Shown piece by piece: positions 52,951 through 64,000 of a stretch of 64,000 nucleotides of DNA (positions are counted from its first letter, which is position 1; the number at the start of each line of letters is the position of its first letter). The stretch comes from TPA_inf: Saccharomyces (lineage: Eukaryota). A program made the translations under genes and the position numbers. The DNA is taken from contig BK006936.2 in assembly GCA_000146045.2 (NCBI GenBank), forward strand, positions 384,001-448,000. Direction: 5' to 3'. Below the pieces are notes generated by a model. It did not search any database. It worked only from the letters and a program-made list of their open reading frames with translations, and was not told where the DNA came from.

Positions 52951-55900
52951 ATGGGGGCACAATTATCACTAGTGGTCCAAGCATCACCTTCCATAGCCAT
53001 TTTTTCATATATCGATGTCTTAGAGGAAGTACACTACGTTTCACAGTTAAACTCATCAAGATTCTTAAAAACATGCAAGGCACTGGACCCTAACGGCGAA
53101 ATTGTTATCAAAGTGTTTATTAAACCAAAAGACCAATATAGCTTACGACCTTTTCTCCAACGTATAAGGGCTCAATCGTTTAAGTTGGGACAACTACCGC
53201 ACGTTTTAAACTACAGTAAATTGATCGAGACAAATAGAGCCGGCTACATGATACGGCAGCACTTAAAAAATAATTTATATGACAGATTGAGTTTGAGACC
53301 TTACTTACAAGACATTGAACTGAAATTCATTGCTTTCCAGTTGTTAAATGCATTAAAGGACATTCATAATCTGAATATTGTCCATGGTGATATAAAGACA
53401 GAAAATATCCTAGTAACAAGTTGGAATTGGTGTATATTGACAGATTTTGCTGCATTTATCAAACCCGTATATTTGCCTGAAGATAATCCAGGTGAATTTT
53501 TATTCTACTTCGACACCTCGAAGAGAAGAACCTGTTATCTAGCCCCGGAGAGGTTTAACTCTAAACTTTACCAAGATGGAAAATCTAACAATGGTAGGCT
53601 AACTAAAGAAATGGACATATTTAGTCTTGGATGTGTTATTGCAGAAATATTTGCTGAAGGAAGACCCATCTTCAACTTATCACAGCTATTCAAATATAAA
53701 AGTAATTCATATGACGTAAACAGGGAATTTCTCATGGAGGAAATGAATTCTACCGATTTAAGGAACTTGGTTCTAGACATGATTCAACTAGATCCATCCA
53801 AAAGACTTTCATGTGATGAACTACTGAATAAATATCGTGGCATTTTCTTCCCCGATTATTTCTACACTTTCATTTATGATTATTTCAGAAATTTGGTTAC
53901 TATGACAACAAGCACACCGATATCAGATAACACTTGCACCAATAGTACCTTGGAAGACAATGTAAAACTTTTAGATGAAACTACGGAAAAAATATACAGA
54001 GATTTTTCCCAAATATGTCATTGTTTGGACTTTCCTTTAATAAAAGACGGGGGTGAGATTGGTTCAGACCCCCCAATTTTGGAATCTTACAAAATAGAGA
54101 TAGAAATTAGTCGGTTTTTAAACACAAACTTATATTTCCCCCAAAATTACCATTTAGTCTTACAGCAGTTTACCAAAGTATCCGAAAAGATAAAATCAGT
54201 TAAAGAGGAATGTGCCTTACTCTTTATCTCTTATTTGTCTCATAGTATAAGAAGTATTGTTTCGACTGCTACGAAACTTAAAAATTTAGAACTATTAGCA
54301 GTATTTGCACAATTCGTTTCTGATGAAAATAAAATTGATCGAGTCGTACCTTATTTCGTATGTTGTTTTGAAGATAGTGACCAGGACGTCCAGGCCCTAT
54401 CTTTGTTAACATTAATCCAGGTACTCACCTCTGTAAGAAAATTGAATCAATTGAACGAGAATATATTTGTGGACTACTTACTTCCGAGACTGAAAAGATT
54501 ACTTATTTCCAATAGGCAGAATACCAATTATTTAAGGATTGTGTTTGCTAATTGTTTGAGCGACTTGGCCATTATCATTAATAGATTTCAAGAATTTACA
54601 TTTGCTCAGCACTGCAATGATAACTCAATGGATAACAACACGGAAATCATGGAAAGCAGTACCAAGTATTCAGCAAAATTGATCCAAAGTGTCGAAGATT
54701 TAACTGTCTCTTTTTTAACAGATAATGATACTTATGTAAAGATGGCACTTTTGCAAAACATTCTTCCACTTTGTAAATTTTTTGGTAGGGAAAGAACAAA
54801 CGATATTATACTGAGTCATTTAATAACCTACCTTAATGATAAGGACCCAGCATTGCGAGTTTCCTTAATTCAAACAATATCCGGAATATCAATTCTTTTG
54901 GGTACCGTTACATTAGAACAGTATATTTTACCATTGTTAATCCAGACCATCACTGATTCGGAAGAATTAGTAGTGATCAGTGTTTTACAAAGCTTAAAAT
55001 CTTTGTTCAAGACTGGGTTGATTAGGAAAAAATATTATATTGATATATCAAAAACAACATCTCCCTTGTTGTTGCATCCTAATAATTGGATAAGACAGTT
55101 TACTTTGATGATAATTATAGAAATTATTAATAAGTTATCAAAAGCCGAAGTGTACTGCATTCTCTATCCAATAATAAGGCCTTTCTTCGAATTTGACGTT
55201 GAGTTCAACTTCAAATCAATGATAAGCTGTTGCAAGCAACCAGTGTCAAGATCGGTTTACAATCTATTGTGTAGTTGGTCTGTTAGAGCGTCAAAATCTT
55301 TATTTTGGAAAAAAATCATCACAAATCATGTAGATTCATTCGGAAATAATAGAATCGAATTTATAACAAAAAATTACTCAAGTAAAAATTATGGATTTAA
55401 TAAAAGAGATACGAAATCAAGTTCCTCGCTGAAGGGTATTAAAACATCATCCACCGTCTATTCACATGACAACAAGGAAATTCCCTTAACTGCTGAAGAC
55501 AGAAATTGGATTGATAAGTTCCACATTATTGGGCTAACAGAAAAAGATATTTGGAAAATTGTGGCTTTGAGGGGTTATGTAATAAGGACAGCGAGAGTTA
55601 TGGCAGCGAACCCTGATTTTCCATATAATAATAGTAATTACCGTCCATTAGTACAGAACTCACCACCTAACCTAAACCTTACGAATATTATGCCAAGAAA
55701 CATTTTCTTTGATGTAGAGTTTGCTGAAGAGTCGACAAGTGAGGGACAAGATTCTAACTTAGAGAACCAACAGATATATAAATATGATGAAAGTGAGAAA
55801 GATAGCAATAAGCTAAATATTAACGGTAGCAAACAGCTATCTACCGTCATGGACATAAATGGATCACTAATATTCAAAAATAAGTCCATTGCCACTACTA

Positions 55901-57315
55901 CTTCTAATTTGAAGAACGTTTTTGTTCAGTTAGAACCAACGTCCTATCACATGCATTCTCCAAATCATGGCTTGAAAGATAATGCAAATGTTAAACCAGA
56001 AAGGAAGGTAGTCGTCAGCAACAGCTATGAAGGCGACGTTGAAAGCATAGAAAAATTCCTATCGACTTTCAAAATTTTACCTCCTCTGAGAGATTATAAG
56101 GAGTTTGGGCCTATTCAAGAGATTGTACGGAGTCCAAACATGGGTAATTTGAGGGGCAAGTTGATAGCTACTTTGATGGAAAACGAACCCAATTCTATTA
56201 CGTCTTCTGCTGTTTCTCCAGGAGAAACACCCTATTTAATAACAGGTTCAGATCAAGGTGTAATCAAGATTTGGAACCTGAAAGAGATTATCGTGGGCGA
56301 GGTTTACTCTTCTTCTTTAACTTATGACTGCTCCTCTACCGTAACTCAGATAACCATGATTCCTAACTTTGACGCGTTTGCCGTTTCCAGTAAAGATGGA
56401 CAAATAATTGTATTAAAGGTTAATCATTACCAACAAGAAAGTGAAGTCAAATTTTTGAATTGCGAATGCATCAGGAAAATTAACTTGAAGAATTTTGGTA
56501 AAAATGAATACGCAGTGAGAATGAGAGCATTTGTGAATGAGGAAAAATCTCTACTAGTAGCATTGACGAATTTGTCAAGGGTTATTATATTTGATATTAG
56601 AACCCTGGAGAGGTTACAAATTATAGAGAATTCTCCAAGGCATGGTGCCGTTTCAAGCATCTGTATCGATGAAGAGTGTTGTGTCCTAATTTTGGGGACG
56701 ACTAGAGGTATTATTGATATATGGGATATCCGTTTCAACGTGCTGATAAGGAGTTGGTCCTTTGGGGACCACGCACCAATCACGCATGTGGAGGTTTGTC
56801 AGTTTTATGGAAAGAATTCTGTAATTGTTGTAGGAGGTAGTTCAAAAACATTTCTAACAATATGGAATTTTGTTAAGGGGCATTGTCAGTATGCTTTCAT
56901 AAATTCTGATGAACAGCCATCTATGGAGCACTTTTTACCAATTGAGAAAGGCTTAGAAGAATTAAATTTTTGTGGAATCAGGTCTTTAAACGCACTAAGC
57001 ACTATCTCAGTATCTAATGATAAAATTCTTCTTACCGATGAAGCAACAAGTTCCATTGTTATGTTTAGCCTAAATGAGCTTTCTTCTTCTAAAGCAGTAA
57101 TAAGTCCTTCAAGATTCAGTGACGTTTTTATTCCTACACAAGTTACGGCAAATCTCACAATGTTATTGAGAAAAATGAAACGTACTAGCACTCATTCAGT
57201 AGATGATTCTCTATATCATCATGATATTATAAATTCTATATCTACATGTGAAGTTGATGAGACACCTTTGCTGGTTGCTTGTGATAACTCAGGGCTTATT
57301 GGAATCTTCCAATAA
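52951..57315 (+). CDS. VPS15: Vps34 PI3-kinase regulatory Ser/Thr protein kinase, N-myristoylated, HEAT + WD40, 1454 aa
   Basis: Real start MGAQLSLVVQ (myristoylation consensus MGxxxS) at 52951. Kinase catalytic loop HGDIKTENILV, and C-terminal WD40 repeats (...GSDQGVIKIWNL...). The ORF-track start at 52894 is upstream and not an ATG. Confidence 0.92.
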   Translation: MGAQLSLVVQASPSIAIFSYIDVLEEVHYVSQLNSSRFLKTCKALDPNGEIVIKVFIKPKDQYSLRPFLQRIRAQSFKLGQLPHVLNYSKLIETNRAGYMIRQHLKNNLYDRLSLRPYLQDIELKFIAFQLLNALKDIHNLNIVHGDIKTENILVTSWNWCILTDFAAFIKPVYLPEDNPGEFLFYFDTSKRRTCYLAPERFNSKLYQDGKSNNGRLTKEMDIFSLGCVIAEIFAEGRPIFNLSQLFKYKSNSYDVNREFLMEEMNSTDLRNLVLDMIQLDPSKRLSCDELLNKYRGIFFPDYFYTFIYDYFRNLVTMTTSTPISDNTCTNSTLEDNVKLLDETTEKIYRDFSQICHCLDFPLIKDGGEIGSDPPILESYKIEIEISRFLNTNLYFPQNYHLVLQQFTKVSEKIKSVKEECALLFISYLSHSIRSIVSTATKLKNLELLAVFAQFVSDENKIDRVVPYFVCCFEDSDQDVQALSLLTLIQVLTSVRKLNQLNENIFVDYLLPRLKRLLISNRQNTNYLRIVFANCLSDLAIIINRFQEFTFAQHCNDNSMDNNTEIMESSTKYSAKLIQSVEDLTVSFLTDNDTYVKMALLQNILPLCKFFGRERTNDIILSHLITYLNDKDPALRVSLIQTISGISILLGTVTLEQYILPLLIQTITDSEELVVISVLQSLKSLFKTGLIRKKYYIDISKTTSPLLLHPNNWIRQFTLMIIIEIINKLSKAEVYCILYPIIRPFFEFDVEFNFKSMISCCKQPVSRSVYNLLCSWSVRASKSLFWKKIITNHVDSFGNNRIEFITKNYSSKNYGFNKRDTKSSSSLKGIKTSSTVYSHDNKEIPLTAEDRNWIDKFHIIGLTEKDIWKIVALRGYVIRTARVMAANPDFPYNNSNYRPLVQNSPPNLNLTNIMPRNIFFDVEFAEESTSEGQDSNLENQQIYKYDESEKDSNKLNINGSKQLSTVMDINGSLIFKNKSIATTTSNLKNVFVQLEPTSYHMHSPNHGLKDNANVKPERKVVVSNSYEGDVESIEKFLSTFKILPPLRDYKEFGPIQEIVRSPNMGNLRGKLIATLMENEPNSITSSAVSPGETPYLITGSDQGVIKIWNLKEIIVGEVYSSSLTYDCSSTVTQITMIPNFDAFAVSSKDGQIIVLKVNHYQQESEVKFLNCECIRKINLKNFGKNEYAVRMRAFVNEEKSLLVALTNLSRVIIFDIRTLERLQIIENSPRHGAVSSICIDEECCVLILGTTRGIIDIWDIRFNVLIRSWSFGDHAPITHVEVCQFYGKNSVIVVGGSSKTFLTIWNFVKGHCQYAFINSDEQPSMEHFLPIEKGLEELNFCGIRSLNALSTISVSNDKILLTDEATSSIVMFSLNELSSSKAVISPSRFSDVFIPTQVTANLTMLLRKMKRTSTHSVDDSLYHHDIINSISTCEVDETPLLVACDNSGLIGIFQ

Positions 57316-57514
57316 TTTTTTTTATTTTATTCAGCTTCTTTATTCTAAATGCGTATAAATTTGTATTCACCTTAAACATTTTCGATCATTTAGGAAAGGG
57401 CTTGCAACGCGTTGAAGTACCCTTTTCACGAAAAAAATGGTTGTATACGTAAATAAAGAACAATGTATGGATTATGGTATAGAATAATAGTAGTCACATA
57501 TTGCAGCTAGTTAA

Positions 57515-59590
57515 ATGAGCCAGATCGTTGATTTTGTTGAGGACAAAGATTCAAGAAACGATGCCAGTATTCAGATCATCGATGGACCCTCAAATGTTGA
57601 AATTATCGCTCTCTCGGAATCAATGGATCAAGATGAGTGCAAAAGGGCACATGTAAGCTCTGCAGAGATGATTCCATCATCACCGCAAAGAAAATCTGTT
57701 TCGAATGATGTTGAGAATGTTGACCTAAACAAATCTATCGAACTTTCTGCGCCGTTCTTCCAAGATATCAGTATAAGCAAGCTAGATGACTTTTCTACAA
57801 CAGTAAATTCCATCATAGATTCGTCTCTCAGAAATGAGAATAATGCAAAAGGAAACGCGAAAAAACTTTTGGATGATCTAATAAGTGATGAATGGTCAGC
57901 TGATCTTGAGTCGAGTGGAAAGAAGCACAACAAATCACAATACAATTTGAGGGACATCGCAGAGAAATGGGGAGTACAGTCTTTAAAAAATCCAGAGCCT
58001 ATTGCTGTTGACTGCGAATATAAGACACAAGGAATCGGAAAAACCAATAGTGACATTAGTGATAGTCCGAAATCACAGATAGGAGCAGCTGATATACTGT
58101 TCGATTTTCCACTGTCTCCAGTAAAACATGAGAACCCAACTGAAGAAAAGCACAATTCGATTGCTAATGAAAATTCTTCACCAGATAATAGCCTGAAACC
58201 AGCAGGAAAACAAAATCATGGTGAAGATGGGACATCCATGGCAAAAAGGGTATACAATAAAGGTGAAGACGAGCAAGAACACCTTCCGAAAGGAAAGAAG
58301 AGAACCATAGCGTTATCAAGAACACTAATCAACAGCACCAAACTACCTGATACAGTAGAACTAAATCTTTCTAAATTTCTCGATTCCTCAGATAGTATTA
58401 CTACTGATGTACTTTCAACCCCTGCAAAGGGGTCTAACATAGTAAGGACAGGTAGTCAACCAATCTTTAGCAACGCTAATTGTTTTCAGGAAGCAAAACG
58501 CTCGAAAACATTAACGGCTGAGGATCCCAAATGTACTAAAAATACTGCCAGAGAGGTATCACAACTAGAGAATTATATTGCCTATGGGCAATACTATACT
58601 AGAGAAGACTCAAAAAACAAAATACGACACTTGTTAAAAGAAAACAAAAATGCTTTTAAGCGAGTTAACCAGATATATCGAGATAATATAAAAGCACGCT
58701 CTCAAATGATTATAGAGTTTTCGCCTAGCCTTCTCCAGTTATTTAAAAAAGGAGACAGTGATCTGCAACAACAATTGGCACCAGCAGTTGTGCAATCAAG
58801 CTATAACGATTCTATGCCGCTTTTAAGATTTCTTCGAAAATGTGACAGTATTTACGACTTTAGTAACGATTTCTATTACCCCTGTGATCCCAAAATAGTT
58901 GAAGAAAACGTTTTGATTCTATATTATGATGCGCAAGAATTTTTTGAACAATACACTTCACAAAAGAAAGAATTATATAGGAAGATACGATTTTTCTCAA
59001 AGAATGGAAAACATGTGATTCTTATACTAAGCGATATAAATAAACTCAAAAGAGCTATTTTCCAATTAGAAAATGAAAAGTACAAAGCTAGGGTAGAACA
59101 ACGATTGTCAGGAACAGAAGAAGCTTTAAGACCGAGAAGTAAAAAATCAAGCCAAGTTGGAAAATTAGGGATAAAAAAATTTGATTTAGAGCAACGATTG
59201 CGCTTCATTGATAGAGAATGGCATGTCAAAATACATACTGTAAATTCACATATGGAGTTTATTAATTCTCTGCCGAACCTAGTGTCATTAATTGGAAAAC
59301 AGCGCATGGATCCCGCAATTCGGTATATGAAATATGCTCATTTGAATGTAAAATCCGCTCAGGATAGTACAGAAACGCTAAAGAAAACCTTTCATCAGAT
59401 AGGGAGAATGCCTGAAATGAAGGCGAATAATGTCGTGAGCCTATACCCCAGTTTTCAATCATTACTTGAAGATATTGAAAAGGGAAGACTGCAATCAGAC
59501 AACGAAGGTAAATACTTGATGACTGAGGCAGTAGAAAAAAGATTGTACAAACTGTTTACTTGTACTGATCCAAATGATACTATTGAATGA
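57515..59590 (+). CDS. MMS4: Mus81-Mms4 structure-specific endonuclease regulatory subunit, 691 aa
   Basis: 691-aa ORF MSQIVDFVEDKDSRNDASIQIIDGPSNVEIIALSES... (YBR098W). Confidence 0.88.
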   Translation: MSQIVDFVEDKDSRNDASIQIIDGPSNVEIIALSESMDQDECKRAHVSSAEMIPSSPQRKSVSNDVENVDLNKSIELSAPFFQDISISKLDDFSTTVNSIIDSSLRNENNAKGNAKKLLDDLISDEWSADLESSGKKHNKSQYNLRDIAEKWGVQSLKNPEPIAVDCEYKTQGIGKTNSDISDSPKSQIGAADILFDFPLSPVKHENPTEEKHNSIANENSSPDNSLKPAGKQNHGEDGTSMAKRVYNKGEDEQEHLPKGKKRTIALSRTLINSTKLPDTVELNLSKFLDSSDSITTDVLSTPAKGSNIVRTGSQPIFSNANCFQEAKRSKTLTAEDPKCTKNTAREVSQLENYIAYGQYYTREDSKNKIRHLLKENKNAFKRVNQIYRDNIKARSQMIIEFSPSLLQLFKKGDSDLQQQLAPAVVQSSYNDSMPLLRFLRKCDSIYDFSNDFYYPCDPKIVEENVLILYYDAQEFFEQYTSQKKELYRKIRFFSKNGKHVILILSDINKLKRAIFQLENEKYKARVEQRLSGTEEALRPRSKKSSQVGKLGIKKFDLEQRLRFIDREWHVKIHTVNSHMEFINSLPNLVSLIGKQRMDPAIRYMKYAHLNVKSAQDSTETLKKTFHQIGRMPEMKANNVVSLYPSFQSLLEDIEKGRLQSDNEGKYLMTEAVEKRLYKLFTCTDPNDTIE

Positions 59591-59656
59591 TGATCGAACG
59601 AAACTTTGTATATAAGAACATACCTTAAGGCAGTCGTTTTGAAAATCACTGCAGCT

Positions 59657-59705
59657 CTATTTCCCCCTCCTTACCTTTTTAATGAATTCCATTTTACAGA
59701 AAGTA
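59657..59705 (-). CDS. FES1: FES1 alternative terminal exon (Fes1L tail NTFCKMEFIKKVRRGK, includes stop)
   Basis: 5' splice site AA|GTATGT at 59833; 3' splice site CAATAG ending at 59706. Exon 2 reads T ACT TTC TGT AAA ATG GAA TTC ATT AAA AAG GTA AGG AGG GGG AAA TAG, replacing KYVL with a basic tail. Confidence 0.6.
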
Positions 59706-59820
59706 CTATTGATAAATATTCGTAATAAAATAAAACAGTGTTAATAATAAATGTTCGAGATTCCGGTTAAAGATAATATGAAATGGTGAATGTAATATCA
59801 TTTTATTTCTACGGACGTAA

Positions 59821-60693
59821 TCATAATACATACTTTACGGCTAAATAATCGTCTTCATTAAGTCTGTCCTTTAGAGGCTCGATATGTTTGTAACCTTCGT
59901 TCAATTTGTGCAATTCCTGTTCATTAAATTTTATTCCGGAAGATATCAGGTGAGAGAGAAAAGACAGAACTCTATCTATGATGTTCAAGTTACTCTCGTC
60001 AGACAAGCACTCAATCGTACTTTCAATTACTCCATCCTTTCTCAGCACACTGATTATATTTTCATCAATCTTAACAGATGACAAATATGCGGTCAATAAG
60101 GCAATGGCTCTCATTTTCAGTTTTGGTTTGGCGGTGTTATCACTTAATACAGGTGCTATGCAGTCGAGCCCATTTAATTTGAAAAACTTTTCTGAGATAT
60201 CTTTGTGGTTTCTTATTAGATTAGATAGTGCGTAAAAAGCTTTTGTTCTCACGTCGAGTGGCTTTGTCTTGTCACTAGCTATTTCGATAAGGCTTCGCAG
60301 ACCATTGTCGTATTTCATGAAATTATTTTGCGAATCCAAGTTGTTTTGCACAGCCGTTCCAATAATGGATAAAGCAGCAGCACGTAGTTCTTCATCCTTC
60401 GTCTGAACAAGAACATCCAACAATGGCTCCCACAGTTTTAAATTTTCGATATTATTAGCATTATCTAAGTTCTCAATCAACATTTCAAAGTTGTCAAATG
60501 CAACGAGTTTTGTTTCTAAGTCAACCTCCGGATTCATAATAACAGCCATGGATTCTTTCATTAAGGTTGGATCGTCAGGACCACCACCACCGAATAACTG
60601 CTGTAGCAATTTAGGATCAGGTTGGCCGGCCCTAGCCATAGCTTCTTTGTCCCCTTGAGAATTCGCAATAGACCACTGTAATAGCTTTTCCAT
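59821..60693 (-). CDS. FES1: Hsp70 nucleotide exchange factor (armadillo-repeat), short isoform Fes1S, 290 aa
   Basis: MEKLLQWSIANSQGDKEAMARAGQPDPKLLQQLFGGGG... with armadillo repeats. The stop TGA at 59823..59821 lies inside an unspliced GTATGT. Confidence 0.92.
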   Translation of the reverse strand: MEKLLQWSIANSQGDKEAMARAGQPDPKLLQQLFGGGGPDDPTLMKESMAVIMNPEVDLETKLVAFDNFEMLIENLDNANNIENLKLWEPLLDVLVQTKDEELRAAALSIIGTAVQNNLDSQNNFMKYDNGLRSLIEIASDKTKPLDVRTKAFYALSNLIRNHKDISEKFFKLNGLDCIAPVLSDNTAKPKLKMRAIALLTAYLSSVKIDENIISVLRKDGVIESTIECLSDESNLNIIDRVLSFLSHLISSGIKFNEQELHKLNEGYKHIEPLKDRLNEDDYLAVKYVL

Positions 60694-61061
60694 AGTTATG
60701 TATGTGTTTTTTTTTCTATTTTACTCTTTCGTTGAAAGGTAATGGCTTTCTGACTGACGATGAGTGCTCTTTTAGATATAGCCAATCGCTGGTTTATAAG
60801 CAAATTTCTGTCAGCGCGAGATGCCTTCCTCTTTTCTAACCTCCAAAAAACTTCCAGAAGATTCCAGTCCAAGAGGTATATCATTTCAAACGAATAAGCT
60901 GATTACAACCTTAATAGGGCCCAACTTGACCAACCAGTAGCTGAAAAGCTTACCTACAAAATAGGAAATAGGTTAGTACACTGTCGACAGCAGTGGTATA
61001 AGTATATACCCTACCTACACATCATATATATTGAAGTGAGGTTTATTTTCTGTGATCTTGT

Positions 61062-63323
61062 TTAGCGAATTTTATCACTGTTCTTTTTGATAAACTCGTC
61101 CAATTTGTAGACAAAATCCAAACCTACGGCCTTCAATCCATCTATCTGTTTTCTGGATGACTTAATGGACCCTGGGGATAACATTTCATCATTCAGTAAT
61201 TGCTTGTCTATCAATTTGAAGTGATTATCCACTTCGTCGCTACACCAATCTACTAGGATGGAAGAAATCTTAGCCCCGAGTTCTTTGAAAATATCCTGGA
61301 AGTCCTCCACTGTTTTTTTAATGGTTTGGAACCTGATAACAGCCAATTGAGTCAAATAGTTCGTAGGATTGTCCACTGATCCAATCTGTAGAATCAAATC
61401 TTGAATGAAATTAGATCTATTCTGTAAGAATAGGTCAAGAGCTTGCTCTGGTAATCCTAACTTAATCATATTTTCAGTACCGCTTTTCAAATGCACTATT
61501 TCATTCGATGATAAAATGCTCTGAGAAAGTTTGCTAGAAATGGCCTCTCTTCTTTGTTCGATTTTTAAAGATATCAGGTTAAGTAACATTAACTCTTCAT
61601 CAGAAATTCTTTCAGAAAGATCCTCCAATTGTGATTCAATATCCAATAATGTTTCCACGGCACTTTCAAACCTAAGCCTAGCTAATTCAATATCTATCTC
61701 TTCCACGCCTTCATCCAGGAATTTAAGCCTCTGGGCGGTTGAACTCATATCTCTGGACCTTGGCCTCGAATGCATTGATAGAGTTAGGTTCTGCAAAAGA
61801 TATTGATCCATTGCGCCTGTTACATTTCGGCCAGGAGTGATTGAACCCCCCATACTACGTCTTTTGTTTTTGTTAGGGCTTCTGTTGTTTTCTCTACCTG
61901 GGGTTTGTTGCGTAGATTGCAAATATCTAAAGGACTCTCTAATACGTTTAGAGTTCTCCTCTTCTACATGGAATATGTCGCACAAATCATCCTTAGCCTT
62001 TCTTATAACGTCCAACAACCTAGAGCATTCGTCTGCGTCTCTACATTCATACAAACTTGAATTCGAATTGCTAAACTTGAAAAGTAGCCTCTTAGTGGAA
62101 AATTCCTCTTGCGTGACAGTGACATCCTTTAAAGGATAGCACTGGCTTACTATAAAGTCATTTTGCTTATCTCTTGATTTATCGGCGATAAGTACCAAAT
62201 CATTCAAAATGAAAATCTGTACCATCTGCAAGGGTTTACCAGTGGTAGTATTTAATTCCATCCAATTGGCACTATTCATTAAAATATGTCTTCCTTTCGT
62301 AGAATTGATAAACTTCTGAGCACCTTCAACGTTCTTAAACAGCTGATCCAGTTCCGTATCCCAAAATTTCTCTAATATCAAGACGCTCGATCTGTCCCTC
62401 CTCATGAGATTCCCATTTTGTCCTGCTTTCAAAGGCGGAAGTAACGCTGGACTATTAGAATGACTTTCAACATTGTTAAAATTGCCTTGTCTCTCTTGAT
62501 CTATTTGATCCTGCAATTGTAACCTTTTTTCAGCTATTTTGGTGCACTGATCCAAAACCTCGTTTAAATCATTTATATTTGCTCTAACCCTTTTAAGCTC
62601 CAACATAGCAACATTTAGGTCGTTGTTTACCGTCATGATTTCGTTATATGATTTATTGATATTTAACTTTACTTCTTCTTGGACCTGTATCGATAAATCT
62701 GTTAAATTTGAGGTAAATTTATCAATAGTAATGGCACTCGCATTGCCTAGTTTATCATGAACAAAATCTTTAGCATTAAAATGCGGGTTTGCCAACATCT
62801 TTCTTAGCGACGTGCTATTATTGAAAGGATCATTACTGCCGGAAGGATTGACAGTATTTCGCATTGCTGATCTAGCAGGCACCTTATTATAGGAGCTGTC
62901 GTTCAGGGAGAGATCGGCAGTTGAAAGATTTAAACTGTTGGAAGGGCCTTTAGAGCTTACCGATTCGTTCTCAGTGGTGAAACTACTATTATTATGACTA
63001 CTATCCACATTATCATTGGGAACTATCATGTTTGGCATATCAGGTAGGGGCATTGAGTAATCTAGTGTAGGTGGAGCATAATTTGTATTATGAATTGATA
63101 GTCTTCTCTGCATTGAAGTTGCTACCCTACTTCTCTCCCTTGCATTGATTGTTGGTAGCGTATAACTGGTAGCCGGATCCTTGAGATCACTATAAGGGTT
63201 CTTTTTTGTTTTTTGTTTAGGCTTAGCAGGCGATGGAGGTGTCTTTTGCTTAGCAGGAGAGCTTGCAGACTTCTTTACATGCTTCCAATTGTTTCTGGCC
63301 TTCTTCAAAGAAAACTCAACCAT
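61062..63323 (-). CDS. EXO84: Exocyst complex subunit, 753 aa
   Basis: True ATG at 63323 ([18 protein letters not shown]...). The ORF-track start at 63329 is a GTG. It has a coiled-coil and a PH-like region (YBR102C). Confidence 0.9.
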
Positions 63324-63708
63324 TTTCACAGTACAAATATTTCAACTTTCAGTCTCTTACCTGGTCTAATATGAAGGCTTTTTGTTCATTCGGCTTTGCT
63401 CAAGGTCTTACAAATATACTATTAACTGCAGTCTCTAGTCTCTTTTTCCAGTCATCTATTTTCATGGAGCGGAACTTAGCAAACGAGAAATAAACAAAAA
63501 TGATTAGGAATGTATTCATGTTGAAAAGGTTATGAGATATGCAAGACCATTCGTTTTGATTTGCAATTAGTGAGAACAATTTAAACACCTTGGTGCGAAA
63601 TTGAAGGTTTTTTTTTCCAAAGAAGTGTACAGCCCACACTAACAACTGCTAACTCAGATAAAAATAACAGAAACAAAAAAAAGGTAGGGAAGGCCCATCA
63701 CACGGAAA

Positions 63709-64000
63709 ATGAGTATAACAAGTGAAGAACTAAACTACTTGATATGGAGGTATTGTCAAGAGATGGGACACGAGGTGAGTGCATTAGCATTGCAGGATGA
63801 AACAAGAGTATTGGAATTTGATGAGAAGTATAAAGAACACATTCCTTTGGGTACACTGGTGAATCTAGTACAAAGGGGAATCTTGTATACAGAAAGTGAG
63901 TTAATGGTTGATAGTAAAGGTGATATCAGCGCTTTAAATGAACATCATCTTTCTGAAGATTTCAATTTGGTTCAGGCGCTGCAAATAGATAAAGAAAAAT
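63709..64000 (+). CDS. SIF2: WD40 subunit of the Set3C deacetylase complex, N-terminal LisH fragment (continues beyond window)
   Basis: ATG at 63709: MSITSEELNYLIWRYCQEMGHEVSALALQDETRVLEFDEKYKEH... is a LisH motif. It stays open to the window end, so it is absent from the ORF track. Confidence 0.8.
   Translation, partial: MSITSEELNYLIWRYCQEMGHEVSALALQDETRVLEFDEKYKEHIPLGTLVNLVQRGILYTESELMVDSKGDISALNEHHLSEDFNLVQALQIDKEK

Noticed and set aside
58924-59307. 127-aa minus-strand ORF inside MMS4 (dubious YBR099C-type ORF)
   Set aside because: Antisense to MMS4 with no independent signals. Treated as a spurious overlapping ORF.

Overview
No novel system is present that I can support: this window is a gene-dense, well-characterised stretch of Saccharomyces cerevisiae chromosome II right arm, running RDH54 (YBR073W) to SIF2 (YBR103W). 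The assignment rests on recognisable protein translations, canonical yeast introns (GTATGT ... TACTAAC ... YAG) and the known PHO5 promoter. From memory, the ECM33, UBC4 and SIF2 coordinates equal S288C chrII positions minus about 384,000.

On one contig I can place 30 protein-coding genes plus the Arg-Asp tRNA pair. Twenty-five genes are unspliced: RDH54 (3' part), PFF1, ECM8, SLM4, RPG1/TIF32, SEC18, SPT7, TEC1, MIS1, AAC3, YBR085C-A, IST2, RFC5, POL30, NHP6B, TIM12, PHO3, PHO5, PBY1, RXT2, YBR096W, VPS15, MMS4, EXO84 and SIF2 (5' part). Five genes are spliced: ECM33, UBC4, RPL19A (2-nt first exon), YBR090C and FES1 (alternative 3' intron). The dicistronic tRNA-Arg(UCU)-tRNA-Asp(GUC) unit is also here.

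The provided ORF track evidently allows TTG/GTG/CTG starts, so I trimmed several starts to the real ATG (SEC18, PBY1, RXT2, VPS15, EXO84).

The things most worth a second look are:
- the tRNA dimer;
- YBR090C, whose second exon overlaps the NHP6B CDS out of frame, with the shared intron ending 27 nt upstream of the NHP6B ATG;
- the FES1 terminal alternative intron, which swaps the last four residues for a basic NLS-like tail;
- the tandem PHO3/PHO5 duplication with the textbook PHO5 UASp1/UASp2/TATA;
- the 2-nt first exon of RPL19A;
- an unusually long (2 kb) convergent intergenic gap downstream of AAC3 containing a GC-rich island.

Everything else is consistent with ordinary, already-described yeast biology. 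There are no CRISPR arrays, Ty elements or LTRs.
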